The translations under genes and the position numbers were made by a program. Of a stretch of DNA of 28,072 nt, positions 6,961 through 14,308 are shown piece by piece. Below the pieces are notes generated by a model that saw only the letters and a program-made list of their open reading frames with translations, searched no databases and was not told where the DNA came from. The number at the start of each line of letters is the position of its first letter. Position 1 is the stretch's first letter. Origin of the DNA: Abditibacteriaceae bacterium (lineage in GTDB: Bacteria; Armatimonadota; Abditibacteriia; Abditibacteriales; Abditibacteriaceae); contig JANMKN010000254.1 of the NCBI GenBank assembly GCA_031372065.1, forward strand, positions 1 to 28,072, in the 5' to 3' direction.

Positions 6961-9897
6961 ATGCGACAAATTTTGTTTTTTGCCATCATTTTTTGTTTTC
7001 TCGCGCCGCTACGCGCTGACGAGCCTTTTACGCTCAACAACGAGCAAATTATGGCTGCTTTGCGCGCCGATAAGCCCCTCGAAGAGGGGATGTGGGTTGA
7101 GACGCTTGATCTCACCAATATGTCGTCGGGTTATAGGCAGCCGATGGCGCGCAAAAGCATTGACGAAAACGCTTTGCGACTGGATGGCGTGCTTTATCCG
7201 CACGGCATCGGCACGCACGCCAACAGCGTGCTGAACGTTGACCTCAAAGGCGCGGTTAAGCGCTTTTTGTGCGTGGTTGGTCTGGACGACGAAGGCAAAG
7301 GCAACGCGGCTAAAGTGGTTTTCAAGGTCGTGGCCGATGGCAAAACCTTGTTCGATAGCGGCACCAAAATCAGCGGAGAAAAACCTGACATAATCAACGT
7401 AGATGTGCGCGGCGCCAAGCGCTTGACGCTTAGTGTCACCGCGCCTAATAATGAAATCACATGGACTCACGCCGATTGGGCGGGCGCGATGTTCCTCTTG
7501 GACGATGATTCGACGGCGCGGCCCGAATCGGTTTCGTTAGGCGCTGTAACTTCGATGCGCGCCTTTCCGCCGCCTTTCAAACCGGGCGAGGCGCCGGGCG
7601 TTTATGGCCCGCAAATCTTCGGTTGCACGCCGAAAAAACCATTTTTTCAGCGCATTTGGGCCACCGGCAAAGAGCCTTTCAAATTTACCGCTGATCGCTT
7701 GCCCAAAGGCTTGCAACTCGACACCGAAGGCGGCCTGATTACCGGCCAAATCGAAGCGTCGGGCAACTACGATTTTTCGATTGGCGTGAGCAATGCCAAA
7801 GGCAAAACCGTGGTGCCGATGAGCATCGTGTGCGGCGATCACAAACTCGCGCAAACGCCGCCGATGGGCTGGAATGCGTGGAACGTTTTTGGCGAAACAG
7901 TTAGCGTTGCCAAAGTCAAGGAACAGGCCGATTTGCTCCTCGAAACTGGCCTTGCGCAGATGGGTTACAACTACGTCATCATTGACGATACATGGCAAGC
8001 GCGCCGCGAAGCCGACGGCAGCATTTTCTCCAATAAACGCTTTGGCGACATCACCGAACTCGCCGATTACTTGCACGGGCGCGGCCTGAAATTGGGCCTT
8101 TATTCCACGCCGAATTTGGAAACCTGTTCGGGTTACGCGGGCAGTTACGGCCACGAAGAACAAGACGCTAAAGCCTACGCCGAGTGGGGCGTGGATTACT
8201 TGAAATACGATTGGTGTCAGGTCGGTAGCAACAAAGAAAACACCACGCCCGAAGTGATGCAAGAAGCCTACGGGCGGATGCGCAAAGCCTTGGATAAAGC
8301 ACCACGCGACATCGTGTGGGCGCTGACGCCTTACGGTTTTGGCGAAGCCTACAAATGGGCGGGCGATTTGGGTGCAAATTCGTGGTTCACCGATGTCGGC
8401 ATTCAAGATACCTTTGAAAGCATTCGCAAAAATGGCGAGCGTATGGGCGATTTAACGAAATATTCGGCGCCGGGCCGCTGGAACGATCCGGGCTGGCTCA
8501 TGGTCGGCAAATTTTCGCCGAACAAGCCGCGTTTTTCCAATCTGCGCGCTGCGGAATTGCAACTGCAAATGACGCAGTGGTGCATCGCCAATGCGCCGCT
8601 GATTTTGTCGTGCGATTTGCGCCAACTCGACCCAAATAAGCTGTATCCGGTCAACACTTCCTTGCTGACAAATCCCGAAGTTTTGGCTGTCAATCAAGAT
8701 ATTTTGGGCGTTCCGGCCAAGCGCACAGGCTGGGAAATTGAAACGTGGGTCAAGCCTTTGATTGATGGCACTGTAGCCGTGGCGCTGCTCAACAAAAGCG
8801 ACAGCGCGCGCGAAGTGAGCGCGCGTTGGTGGGACATCGGCAAAGTCGGCAAGCAAATGGTGCGCGATTTATGGCTGCGGCAGGATTTGGGCGAATTCGA
8901 TCAAGAATTCAAAGCCATCGTGCCGCGTCACGGCGCGATGCTTTTGAAAATCGGCCAGCCTTTGGCGCCCAGCAATCAATGGCGCGGCCTCAATCGCACC
9001 GTGTATTTGCGACCTGTGGGGCGCTGGGGCGAAGGCTTGCGTTGGGCGTGGAGTCGCAACGGCGTTGATTGGTCTATCAACAACAAAACGCGCAATAAAC
9101 CCGAAGTCGGCGGCAAGCAAATGCGTGATAACAGCATCGAACGCGGCTCCGACGGCGTTTATCATATGCTGTGGACAACCGGCGACAAAGATTCCGGTTT
9201 CGGCTACGCCAACTCGCGCGATTTGCTGAGTTGGGGCGAGCAAAAAATGGTTCCCGTTGATAGCGGCGTGCTGGCCGGACGCCTGCGCGAAGCCCGGCAT
9301 CCACAACTTTTCTGGGACAAAAAAGGCGCGCAATGGATTATTCTTTTCGCCGCCGAAGTGACCGATGAAAAACCGCGCGGCTGGCGTATTTACGCGGTGA
9401 CGACCAAAGATTTTAAAACCGTCAGCGACCCGAAATTGCTTCTTGATATGCCTTATCGCGCCACATATCCGAACCTGATTGAAAGCAAAGGCCGCTATTA
9501 TTTGCTTTACCGCGACGATGACAGGCGCACGGCCAAAATCAGTGCTTCCACTGCGCCACTTGGCCCCTTTGATGTATCGCCCGATTTGGAATCGCTGTTG
9601 CCGCCAGCCGAAGCTGTTGACCCGAAAAAGAAAAAGCCCGCCCCACCGCACGATCCCGGCGCGCCACTGTCGTGGGGAATGGATGTTGAGAATATTAAAC
9701 TCATGCCAGCGGGCGACGATTGGTTGGTGAGTTTCTTCCGCAGTGGCAAAGACCAAACGCATCTTATGTTCAAGTCACGCGATTTGAAAACATGGAGCGA
9801 AGTCAAGCCCGAAATTGTGCTGCCCAGAGACTTTCACGCCGGAGAACGCATCGTTACCACCGAAACCACACTGATGGAAATTTTGCGGGGGAACTGA
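6961..9897 (+). CDS. Exported multidomain glycoside-hydrolase-like protein: NPCBM/NEW2 + Ig-like + GH27 (alpha-galactosidase fold) + GH43-like beta-propeller
   Basis: Signal peptide MRQILFFAIIFCFLAPLRA (ATG 6961; the track's GTG start lies inside the REP). NPCBM: GIGTHANS...VGLDD...HADW. Ig-like: LPKGLQLD...GLITG. GH27: LAQTPPMGWNAWN, IDDTW, WGVDYLKYDWC. Propeller: MRDNSI...GVYHMLWTTG...GYANSRDL. Confidence 0.88.
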   Translation: MRQILFFAIIFCFLAPLRADEPFTLNNEQIMAALRADKPLEEGMWVETLDLTNMSSGYRQPMARKSIDENALRLDGVLYPHGIGTHANSVLNVDLKGAVKRFLCVVGLDDEGKGNAAKVVFKVVADGKTLFDSGTKISGEKPDIINVDVRGAKRLTLSVTAPNNEITWTHADWAGAMFLLDDDSTARPESVSLGAVTSMRAFPPPFKPGEAPGVYGPQIFGCTPKKPFFQRIWATGKEPFKFTADRLPKGLQLDTEGGLITGQIEASGNYDFSIGVSNAKGKTVVPMSIVCGDHKLAQTPPMGWNAWNVFGETVSVAKVKEQADLLLETGLAQMGYNYVIIDDTWQARREADGSIFSNKRFGDITELADYLHGRGLKLGLYSTPNLETCSGYAGSYGHEEQDAKAYAEWGVDYLKYDWCQVGSNKENTTPEVMQEAYGRMRKALDKAPRDIVWALTPYGFGEAYKWAGDLGANSWFTDVGIQDTFESIRKNGERMGDLTKYSAPGRWNDPGWLMVGKFSPNKPRFSNLRAAELQLQMTQWCIANAPLILSCDLRQLDPNKLYPVNTSLLTNPEVLAVNQDILGVPAKRTGWEIETWVKPLIDGTVAVALLNKSDSAREVSARWWDIGKVGKQMVRDLWLRQDLGEFDQEFKAIVPRHGAMLLKIGQPLAPSNQWRGLNRTVYLRPVGRWGEGLRWAWSRNGVDWSINNKTRNKPEVGGKQMRDNSIERGSDGVYHMLWTTGDKDSGFGYANSRDLLSWGEQKMVPVDSGVLAGRLREARHPQLFWDKKGAQWIILFAAEVTDEKPRGWRIYAVTTKDFKTVSDPKLLLDMPYRATYPNLIESKGRYYLLYRDDDRRTAKISASTAPLGPFDVSPDLESLLPPAEAVDPKKKKPAPPHDPGAPLSWGMDVENIKLMPAGDDWLVSFFRSGKDQTHLMFKSRDLKTWSEVKPEIVLPRDFHAGERIVTTETTLMEILRGN

Positions 9898-9975
9898 ATC
9901 GGTAGTCAACCTTCCATAAAAGGCCAAGGCGTTTAAAAGAGCGAGAAAAAATTCTCAAAAATTTTATAACTGCTC

Positions 9976-10004
9976 TTGACGTCCTGCCTTGACACAATTA
10001 CAAT
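9976..10004 (+). promoter_or_regulatory. Sigma70-type promoter TTGACG-N17-TACAAT
   Basis: -35 box at 9976-9981, exact 17-bp spacer, -10 box at 9999-10004, with AT-rich sequence upstream. Confidence 0.7.
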
Positions 10005-10074
10005 CTTTTCTTGCGCGTGTCGGAATTGTAGAAAAAACGATTTGGACAAAGCGCGACGGAGTGAATTAAATTCA

Positions 10075-10254
10075 ATGAACACCCTACATTTCGGATTCGA
10101 GAATATTTTGGCCCAATCAATGTTTATCAACGTGTTTGGCTTGCTCATGTGCGCTGGTAGCCTTTACCTGTGGTTACATCGGCGTCCCAAACTCTCGGCC
10201 CGGAAAGTGCGCGTTTCGCGCGATGTCACGCCTTATCGGCGTTCCTCGCGTTAA
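10075..10254 (+). CDS. 59-aa small ORF (leader peptide or small membrane peptide)
   Basis: MNTLHFGFENILAQSMFINVFGLLMCAGSLYLWLHRRPKLSARKVRVSRDVTPYRRSSR lies between a promoter and a terminator, with GGAG upstream at a somewhat long spacing. It has a hydrophobic core and an Arg-rich tail. Confidence 0.5.
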   Translation: MNTLHFGFENILAQSMFINVFGLLMCAGSLYLWLHRRPKLSARKVRVSRDVTPYRRSSR

Positions 10255-10272
10255 ATCAATTTCAATTGCACT

Positions 10273-10310
10273 GCCCGCTGTCGAGAAATTCTCGACAGCG
10301 GGCTTTTTTT
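10273..10310 (+). terminator. Intrinsic terminator immediately upstream of the tRNA cluster
   Basis: Perfect 14-bp stem GCCCGCTGTCGAGA / TCTCGACAGCGGGC with a 3-nt loop, followed by T7. Confidence 0.9.
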
Positions 10311-10338
10311 GTGTTTGCCACAGAGAAAACAGAAGTCT

Positions 10339-10410
10339 GGGGGCGTGGTGTAATGGTAGTCACGCGAGATTGTGGCCCTCGAAGATCGGGTTCAAATCCC
10401 GGCGCTCCCT
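10339..10410 (+). tRNA. tRNA-His(GTG), atypical: no encoded G-1, U73, no CCA
   Basis: Acceptor GGGGGCG/CGCTCCC, D-arm GTG-TAATGGTAGT-CAC, anticodon arm CGAGA-TTGTGGC-CCTCG, T-arm TCGGG-TTCAAAT-CCCGG. Confidence 0.88.
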
Positions 10411-10414
10411 TGTC

Positions 10415-10475
10415 GAATGCAGAATGCGGAATGGCGAATGCGGAGTGAGTATTCCGCACTTCACATTCCGCATTC
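10415..10475. repeat. Heptamer-based hairpin spacer between tRNAs
   Basis: GAATGCGGAATG (10422-10433) pairs perfectly with CATTCCGCATTC (10464-10475). The arms consist of GAATGCG-like heptamers. Confidence 0.8.
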
Positions 10476-10479
10476 AAAA

Positions 10480-10550
10480 AGGGGCGTCGTTTAATGGCAG
10501 GACAGCAGCCTCCAAATCTGTTTATGAGGGTTCGATTCCTTCCGCCCCTG
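10480..10550 (+). tRNA. tRNA-Trp(CCA), 3' CCA not encoded
   Basis: Acceptor AGGGGCG/CGCCCCT with G73, anticodon arm GCAGC-CTCCAAA-TCTGT (C31-U39 mismatch), T-arm GAGGG-TTCGATT-CCTTC. Confidence 0.92.
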
Positions 10551-10554
10551 TTGA

Positions 10555-10620
10555 GTAGTTAAGAGTTTGGAGTTAGGAATGCGGTCAATTCCAAATTCTT
10601 AACTCAAAACTCCCAACTGC
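10555..10620. repeat. Heptamer-based hairpin spacer between tRNAs
   Basis: AGTTAAGAGTTTGGAGTT (10557-10574) pairs, with G-U pairs, with AATTCCAAATTCTTAACT (10587-10604). Confidence 0.75.
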
Positions 10621-10627
10621 TGTAAAA

Positions 10628-10701
10628 GCCTGTGTAGCTCAGTGTGGTAGATCAGTCGGCTCGTATCCGACCGGACGCTGGTTCAACCCAAGCCACGGAT
10701 G
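10628..10701 (+). tRNA. Degenerate tRNA-Thr(CGT)-like gene, possibly a pseudo-tRNA
   Basis: TAGCTCAG..TGGTAGA D-loop signature, perfect anticodon arm GTCGG-CTCGTAT-CCGAC and T-loop TTCAACC. There are mismatches in the acceptor (GCCTGTG/CACGGAT), D and T stems. Confidence 0.72.
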
Positions 10702-10712
10702 CCTCCAAAATC

Positions 10713-10750
10713 AAAAAAGGCGCCTCTGAAAAGTTCAGAGGCGCCTTTTT
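10713..10750. terminator. Bidirectional intrinsic terminator
   Basis: AAAAAGGCGCCTCTGAA-AAG-TTCAGAGGCGCCTTTTT lies between the convergent tRNA cluster and dehydrogenase gene. Confidence 0.9.
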
Positions 10751-10765
10751 GGTTTGAAAAGTGAT

Positions 10766-12109
10766 TTATTTGCCGTTGTAAGTCACGCGCCAAATGGTAT
10801 TTGAGCCGTCGTCGGTGAACAAAAGCGCGCCATCGCTGGCGATGGAGACACCGGCGGGGCGGCCCCAAACGTTGCCTTCGGGTGTGACGAAACCGGTCAC
10901 GAAATCTTCGTATTCGCCCGTCGCTTTACTGCCATTCATCGGCACGCGAATGATTTTATAGCCAGTGCGCCGCGCGCGATTCCATGAGCCGTGTTCGGCG
11001 GCAAAGGCGTCGCCGCGAAAGGCTTTGGGAAATTGCTTCGCGCCATAGAAAGCCATATCTATAGACGCCGAATGCGATTGCAAAAGCACATCAGGCACGA
11101 TAACTTTGTCTTTCAATTCGAGATGTTTGCCTTCTTGACGCGGGTCTTGGTTGCCGCCGATATAAAACCACGGCCAGCCGTAAAAACCGCCGTTTTTCAC
11201 GCTGGTAATGTAATCCGGCACCAAATGATCGCCCAATCCATCGCGCTCGTTGACCGAAGTCCATAATTCGCCGGTTGTCGGATGAATGGTTAGGCCCACC
11301 GGGTTGCGAATACCCGAAGCATAAACGCGTTCGTTTTTGCCGTCGGGTGTAAATTCAAAAATGCGCGCGCGGCGATTTTCTTCGGGGTCATTGTTTTCGT
11401 CTACGTTGGAAAGTGAGCCAACGGAAACGAACATTTTTTTGCCATCGCGTGAAAACACTACATCGCGCGACCAGTGCCCGCCGCCGCGCAAACGTCCACC
11501 TGCCGAAATATCATCCACTACCACTTGTGGCGCGTTTTGCGCTTTGATGTCGCCATTTTTGTAGGCAAATCGCACCACAGAATCGGTGTTGGCGACATAA
11601 ACATACTGCGGGTTTTTGCCGAGGGGATAAAACGCGATGCCAAACGGCTGCTTTAATCCTTCGGCGAAAATTTCGTTGATTTCGGGCTTGCCATCGTGAT
11701 CGGCGTCGCGCAACATACGCACACGGTTTGGCCCGCTTTCGGCCACAAAAAAGTCGCCGTTGGGCGCCGTCATAATCACGCGCGGATTGTTGAGGCCCGA
11801 TGCAAATTCGCTGATTTTGAAACCGACGGGCACTTTGGGCAGAGCGCCTTCGGGACGCGGCACCATGCGCGGGCCGTTGTCCACCGATTTGGTTTCAAAC
11901 GGCTTGTCCATATCGGCGGGCGTCAAATGGCGCCGCACGCCGGGCGCATCGGTTGTCCAATCGCCGCGCGCAGCTTCGCCCTTAAGGGTTTGATTGGAAG
12001 AAGTTTGTTGGGCCTGAACTGGTTGGTTGGTTTGGCAGCCGGCAGCAACGCAAAGCGCGCTGGTTGCCAACAAAAGGGAATTCTTGCTTGAAAATTTTTG
12101 AGTGAGCAT
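10766..12109 (-). CDS. Glucose/sorbosone dehydrogenase family (PQQ-type beta-propeller), probable lipoprotein
   Basis: Lipobox-like VAAGC. Motifs LPKVPVGFKISEFASGL, GGGHWSR, SVGSLSNV, GIRNPVG, VNERDGLGD, YGWPW, HSAS, EHGSWNR and GRPAGV. Confidence 0.92.
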   Translation of the reverse strand: MLTQKFSSKNSLLLATSALCVAAGCQTNQPVQAQQTSSNQTLKGEAARGDWTTDAPGVRRHLTPADMDKPFETKSVDNGPRMVPRPEGALPKVPVGFKISEFASGLNNPRVIMTAPNGDFFVAESGPNRVRMLRDADHDGKPEINEIFAEGLKQPFGIAFYPLGKNPQYVYVANTDSVVRFAYKNGDIKAQNAPQVVVDDISAGGRLRGGGHWSRDVVFSRDGKKMFVSVGSLSNVDENNDPEENRRARIFEFTPDGKNERVYASGIRNPVGLTIHPTTGELWTSVNERDGLGDHLVPDYITSVKNGGFYGWPWFYIGGNQDPRQEGKHLELKDKVIVPDVLLQSHSASIDMAFYGAKQFPKAFRGDAFAAEHGSWNRARRTGYKIIRVPMNGSKATGEYEDFVTGFVTPEGNVWGRPAGVSIASDGALLFTDDGSNTIWRVTYNGK

Positions 12110-12145
12110 AAGAAAATTGATCCGCGCGAAAGCGGGTCACGCTCA

Positions 12146-12174
12146 AATTTAGAAGCAAATCCTTCGCCTGTCAA
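12146..12174 (-). promoter_or_regulatory. Sigma70-type promoter TTGACA-N17-TAAATT for the dehydrogenase gene
   Basis: On the minus strand, TTGACA (12174-12169), a 17-bp spacer and TAAATT (12151-12146) end about 36 bp upstream of the ATG. Confidence 0.55.
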
Positions 12175-12218
12175 CGGTATATTGAAACGTAAAAAACCAA
12201 TGAAGAGATTAGCGAATG

Positions 12219-13181
12219 CTAACTTTCAATATCATCAGGGCGCCAGCGACGCAGCATCCACGACCATTGATCGGGATGTGCGCGCACGGCGGTTTCGATG
12301 GAGGCAATGACTTGTTTAGTGCCTTCAATAGTTGCGGCTTCGCGCTCATCACGATTGGCGGCGTGAACTTCAAACGCCGGGGAAAAGCGGCCTTCAATGC
12401 GTCCATCGCTGCGCCACGGTTCGCGGCGCACGCCGTAAACCGGCACAATCGGCGCGCCGCTCATCATGGCTATGCGCGCCGGGGCGGTTTCAAAGCGCGT
12501 CAGGTGGCCGAACAAAGGCAGCAAAGCGCCTTCGGCTCCGGCGTGGCGGTCGGGCAGAATATACAACGCCGAGCCAGCGCGCAAGGCTTTCAAAGAAGGA
12601 CGCGCCGCTGCGTGCTTGGAAATCAATTGCATCCCCACGGCGCGGCGCACCGAAGTCATGTGTTCTTGGGCGCTGACATTCGACAACGGGCGCATGATAG
12701 CAGACAAAGGAACTTCCTGAGACAAACGCGCCGCCAAAACTTCCCAGTTGCCCAGATGCACCGTAAGCAAAATTGCGCCGTTGCCTTTTTGCAAAGCCGC
12801 TTGCAAATGTTCCATGCCTTGCAGACTGACATAATCGCGGATTTCCTGCGGCGAGGCGGTGCGTTGATGAAAAAACTCGCAGGTCGTCATGCCCCAGTTT
12901 TGCGCCGAACGGCGCGCGATATATGTGGCACGCACGCGCGAAACGCCCAACGCTTTGACGACGTTATCAATCGCCAACTCGCGGCGGCGGCGCCCGATTT
13001 TGAAAAAAGCCAGCCCGATTAAGGCGCCCATTCGACGGCAGCTTTGCCACGAGGCGCTTTCAAGGCGATGTCCCAGCGCACTCATCAAGCGCTTTTCCAA
13101 GGCGGCGCGGCTGCTGCTGGTTTCTTTCTGGCGCGGCGAAATCAAAGCGTCAGCGGTGGGTTGCTCAGGTTGTTCCGTCAT
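12219..13181 (-). CDS. Lipid A lauroyl/myristoyl acyltransferase family (LpxL/HtrB-like LPLAT)
   Basis: GxEHLxxALxxGxGAILLTVHLGNWE (HxxxxE), ILPDRH, LPLFG, QWSWMLRRW. Confidence 0.9.
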   Translation of the reverse strand: MTEQPEQPTADALISPRQKETSSSRAALEKRLMSALGHRLESASWQSCRRMGALIGLAFFKIGRRRRELAIDNVVKALGVSRVRATYIARRSAQNWGMTTCEFFHQRTASPQEIRDYVSLQGMEHLQAALQKGNGAILLTVHLGNWEVLAARLSQEVPLSAIMRPLSNVSAQEHMTSVRRAVGMQLISKHAAARPSLKALRAGSALYILPDRHAGAEGALLPLFGHLTRFETAPARIAMMSGAPIVPVYGVRREPWRSDGRIEGRFSPAFEVHAANRDEREAATIEGTKQVIASIETAVRAHPDQWSWMLRRWRPDDIES

Positions 13182-14116
13182 AAAGTTTCTTCGGCCCTAT
13201 CTTCCGCGCGCCAGCGGCGATGCATCCACAGCCATTGATCGGGATACTCTCGCACGATGGCTTCTGTGGCGTCGTTCATAAAACGTGTGCCCGCCAGCAC
13301 CGCGTCATCGCGCGTTGCATAGTGTTGCTGCTGCAAATCCAAAGCTGGCCCCGACTGAATGACGACACGCCCGTTGGCAATCCACGGCTCGCGTCGCACT
13401 GCAAAAATCGGCACAATTGGCGCTTGTGCGGCCAAAGCCAAACGCGCGGGCGAGGTGAAAACGCGTGTCTGATGGCCGAACATTGGCAGAAGCATTCCGC
13501 TCGGCCCGGCGTGCTGATCGGCGAAAATCGCCAGACCTTCGTTAGCGCGCAAGGCGCGCAGCGAAACGCGCGCCGATTCTTCTTTGAGAATCATTTTGAT
13601 ATTGACCGCCGCGCGCACTTTTTCGGCGTGACTTTTCAACGCCTGATTCGATGTAAGGCGCACCACGACCGACATCGGAAACTCTTGCGCCATGCGCGCG
13701 CCCATCACTTCCCACGCGCCAAAATGCGCCGTCGGCAGCATGGCGCCGTGACCTTGCGCCAAAGCGTTATGAATATGTTCCAGCCCCTGCCACGCGCAGT
13801 AAGCGCGGATTTCAGCAGGCGAGGCCGCCTGCAAATGCATAAATTCACAAAACGACATCCCAAAATTCTGCACCGACCGCCGCGCGATTTGCTGGCGCCG
13901 CCTTTGGCTAAGATGCGGCAAGGCGAGGCTCAAATTTTCTAAAGCGATAGTGCGGCGGCGTTTTAATCCATAGAAAAACGCCAATCCCATCAACGAACCA
14001 ACGCGCCGACAGGTAATCCACGGCGCCGAGGACAAGGCATCGCCCATTCGTTGAATGAGGCGTTTTTCTAAAGCGCGGCGTTGTGTTTTCATCATGATCT
14101 TTGAGGCCGCTATCAC
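13178..14116 (-). CDS. Lipid A lauroyl/myristoyl acyltransferase family (LpxL/HtrB-like LPLAT), paralogue
   Basis: GLEHIHNALAQGHGAMLPTAHFGAWE, IFADQHAG, QWLWMHRRW. ATGA overlap with the downstream paralogue. The true start may be an ATG near 14096. Confidence 0.9.
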   Translation of the reverse strand: MIAASKIMMKTQRRALEKRLIQRMGDALSSAPWITCRRVGSLMGLAFFYGLKRRRTIALENLSLALPHLSQRRRQQIARRSVQNFGMSFCEFMHLQAASPAEIRAYCAWQGLEHIHNALAQGHGAMLPTAHFGAWEVMGARMAQEFPMSVVVRLTSNQALKSHAEKVRAAVNIKMILKEESARVSLRALRANEGLAIFADQHAGPSGMLLPMFGHQTRVFTSPARLALAAQAPIVPIFAVRREPWIANGRVVIQSGPALDLQQQHYATRDDAVLAGTRFMNDATEAIVREYPDQWLWMHRRWRAEDRAEETL

Positions 14117-14180
14117 ACGGCGTTGTAATTTGCGCCATAGTTTGTCACATATAGCGCGTAAGGCCCAAGAAGCTACCTAT

Positions 14181-14306
14181 GACCAATTGGCGGGGCCGCT
14201 CAATGACTTGGCGGGGCCGCTCAATGACTTGGCGGCTCCGCCGAATGACTTGGCAGGGCCGCCGAATAACTTAGCGCCGCCGCCGAATGACTTATTGGAA
14301 CACAAT
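14181..14306. repeat. Six imperfect 21-bp tandem repeats (consensus AATGACTTGGCGGGGCCGCCG)
   Basis: Units start at 14181, 14202, 14223, 14244, 14265 and 14286. Confidence 0.92.
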
Positions 14307-14308
14307 AC

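Noticed and set aside
10136..10558. ORFs of 140, 92 and 71 aa over the tRNA region
   Set aside because: They overlap a terminator and clear tRNA cloverleaves.
10628..10701. Degenerate tRNA as an attR/attL of an integrated element
   Set aside because: It is full length rather than a 3' fragment, with no duplicate and no integrase in the window.
12216..13942. 268-aa and 240-aa plus-strand ORFs
   Set aside because: They are antisense to well-supported acyltransferase genes and have no recognisable motifs.
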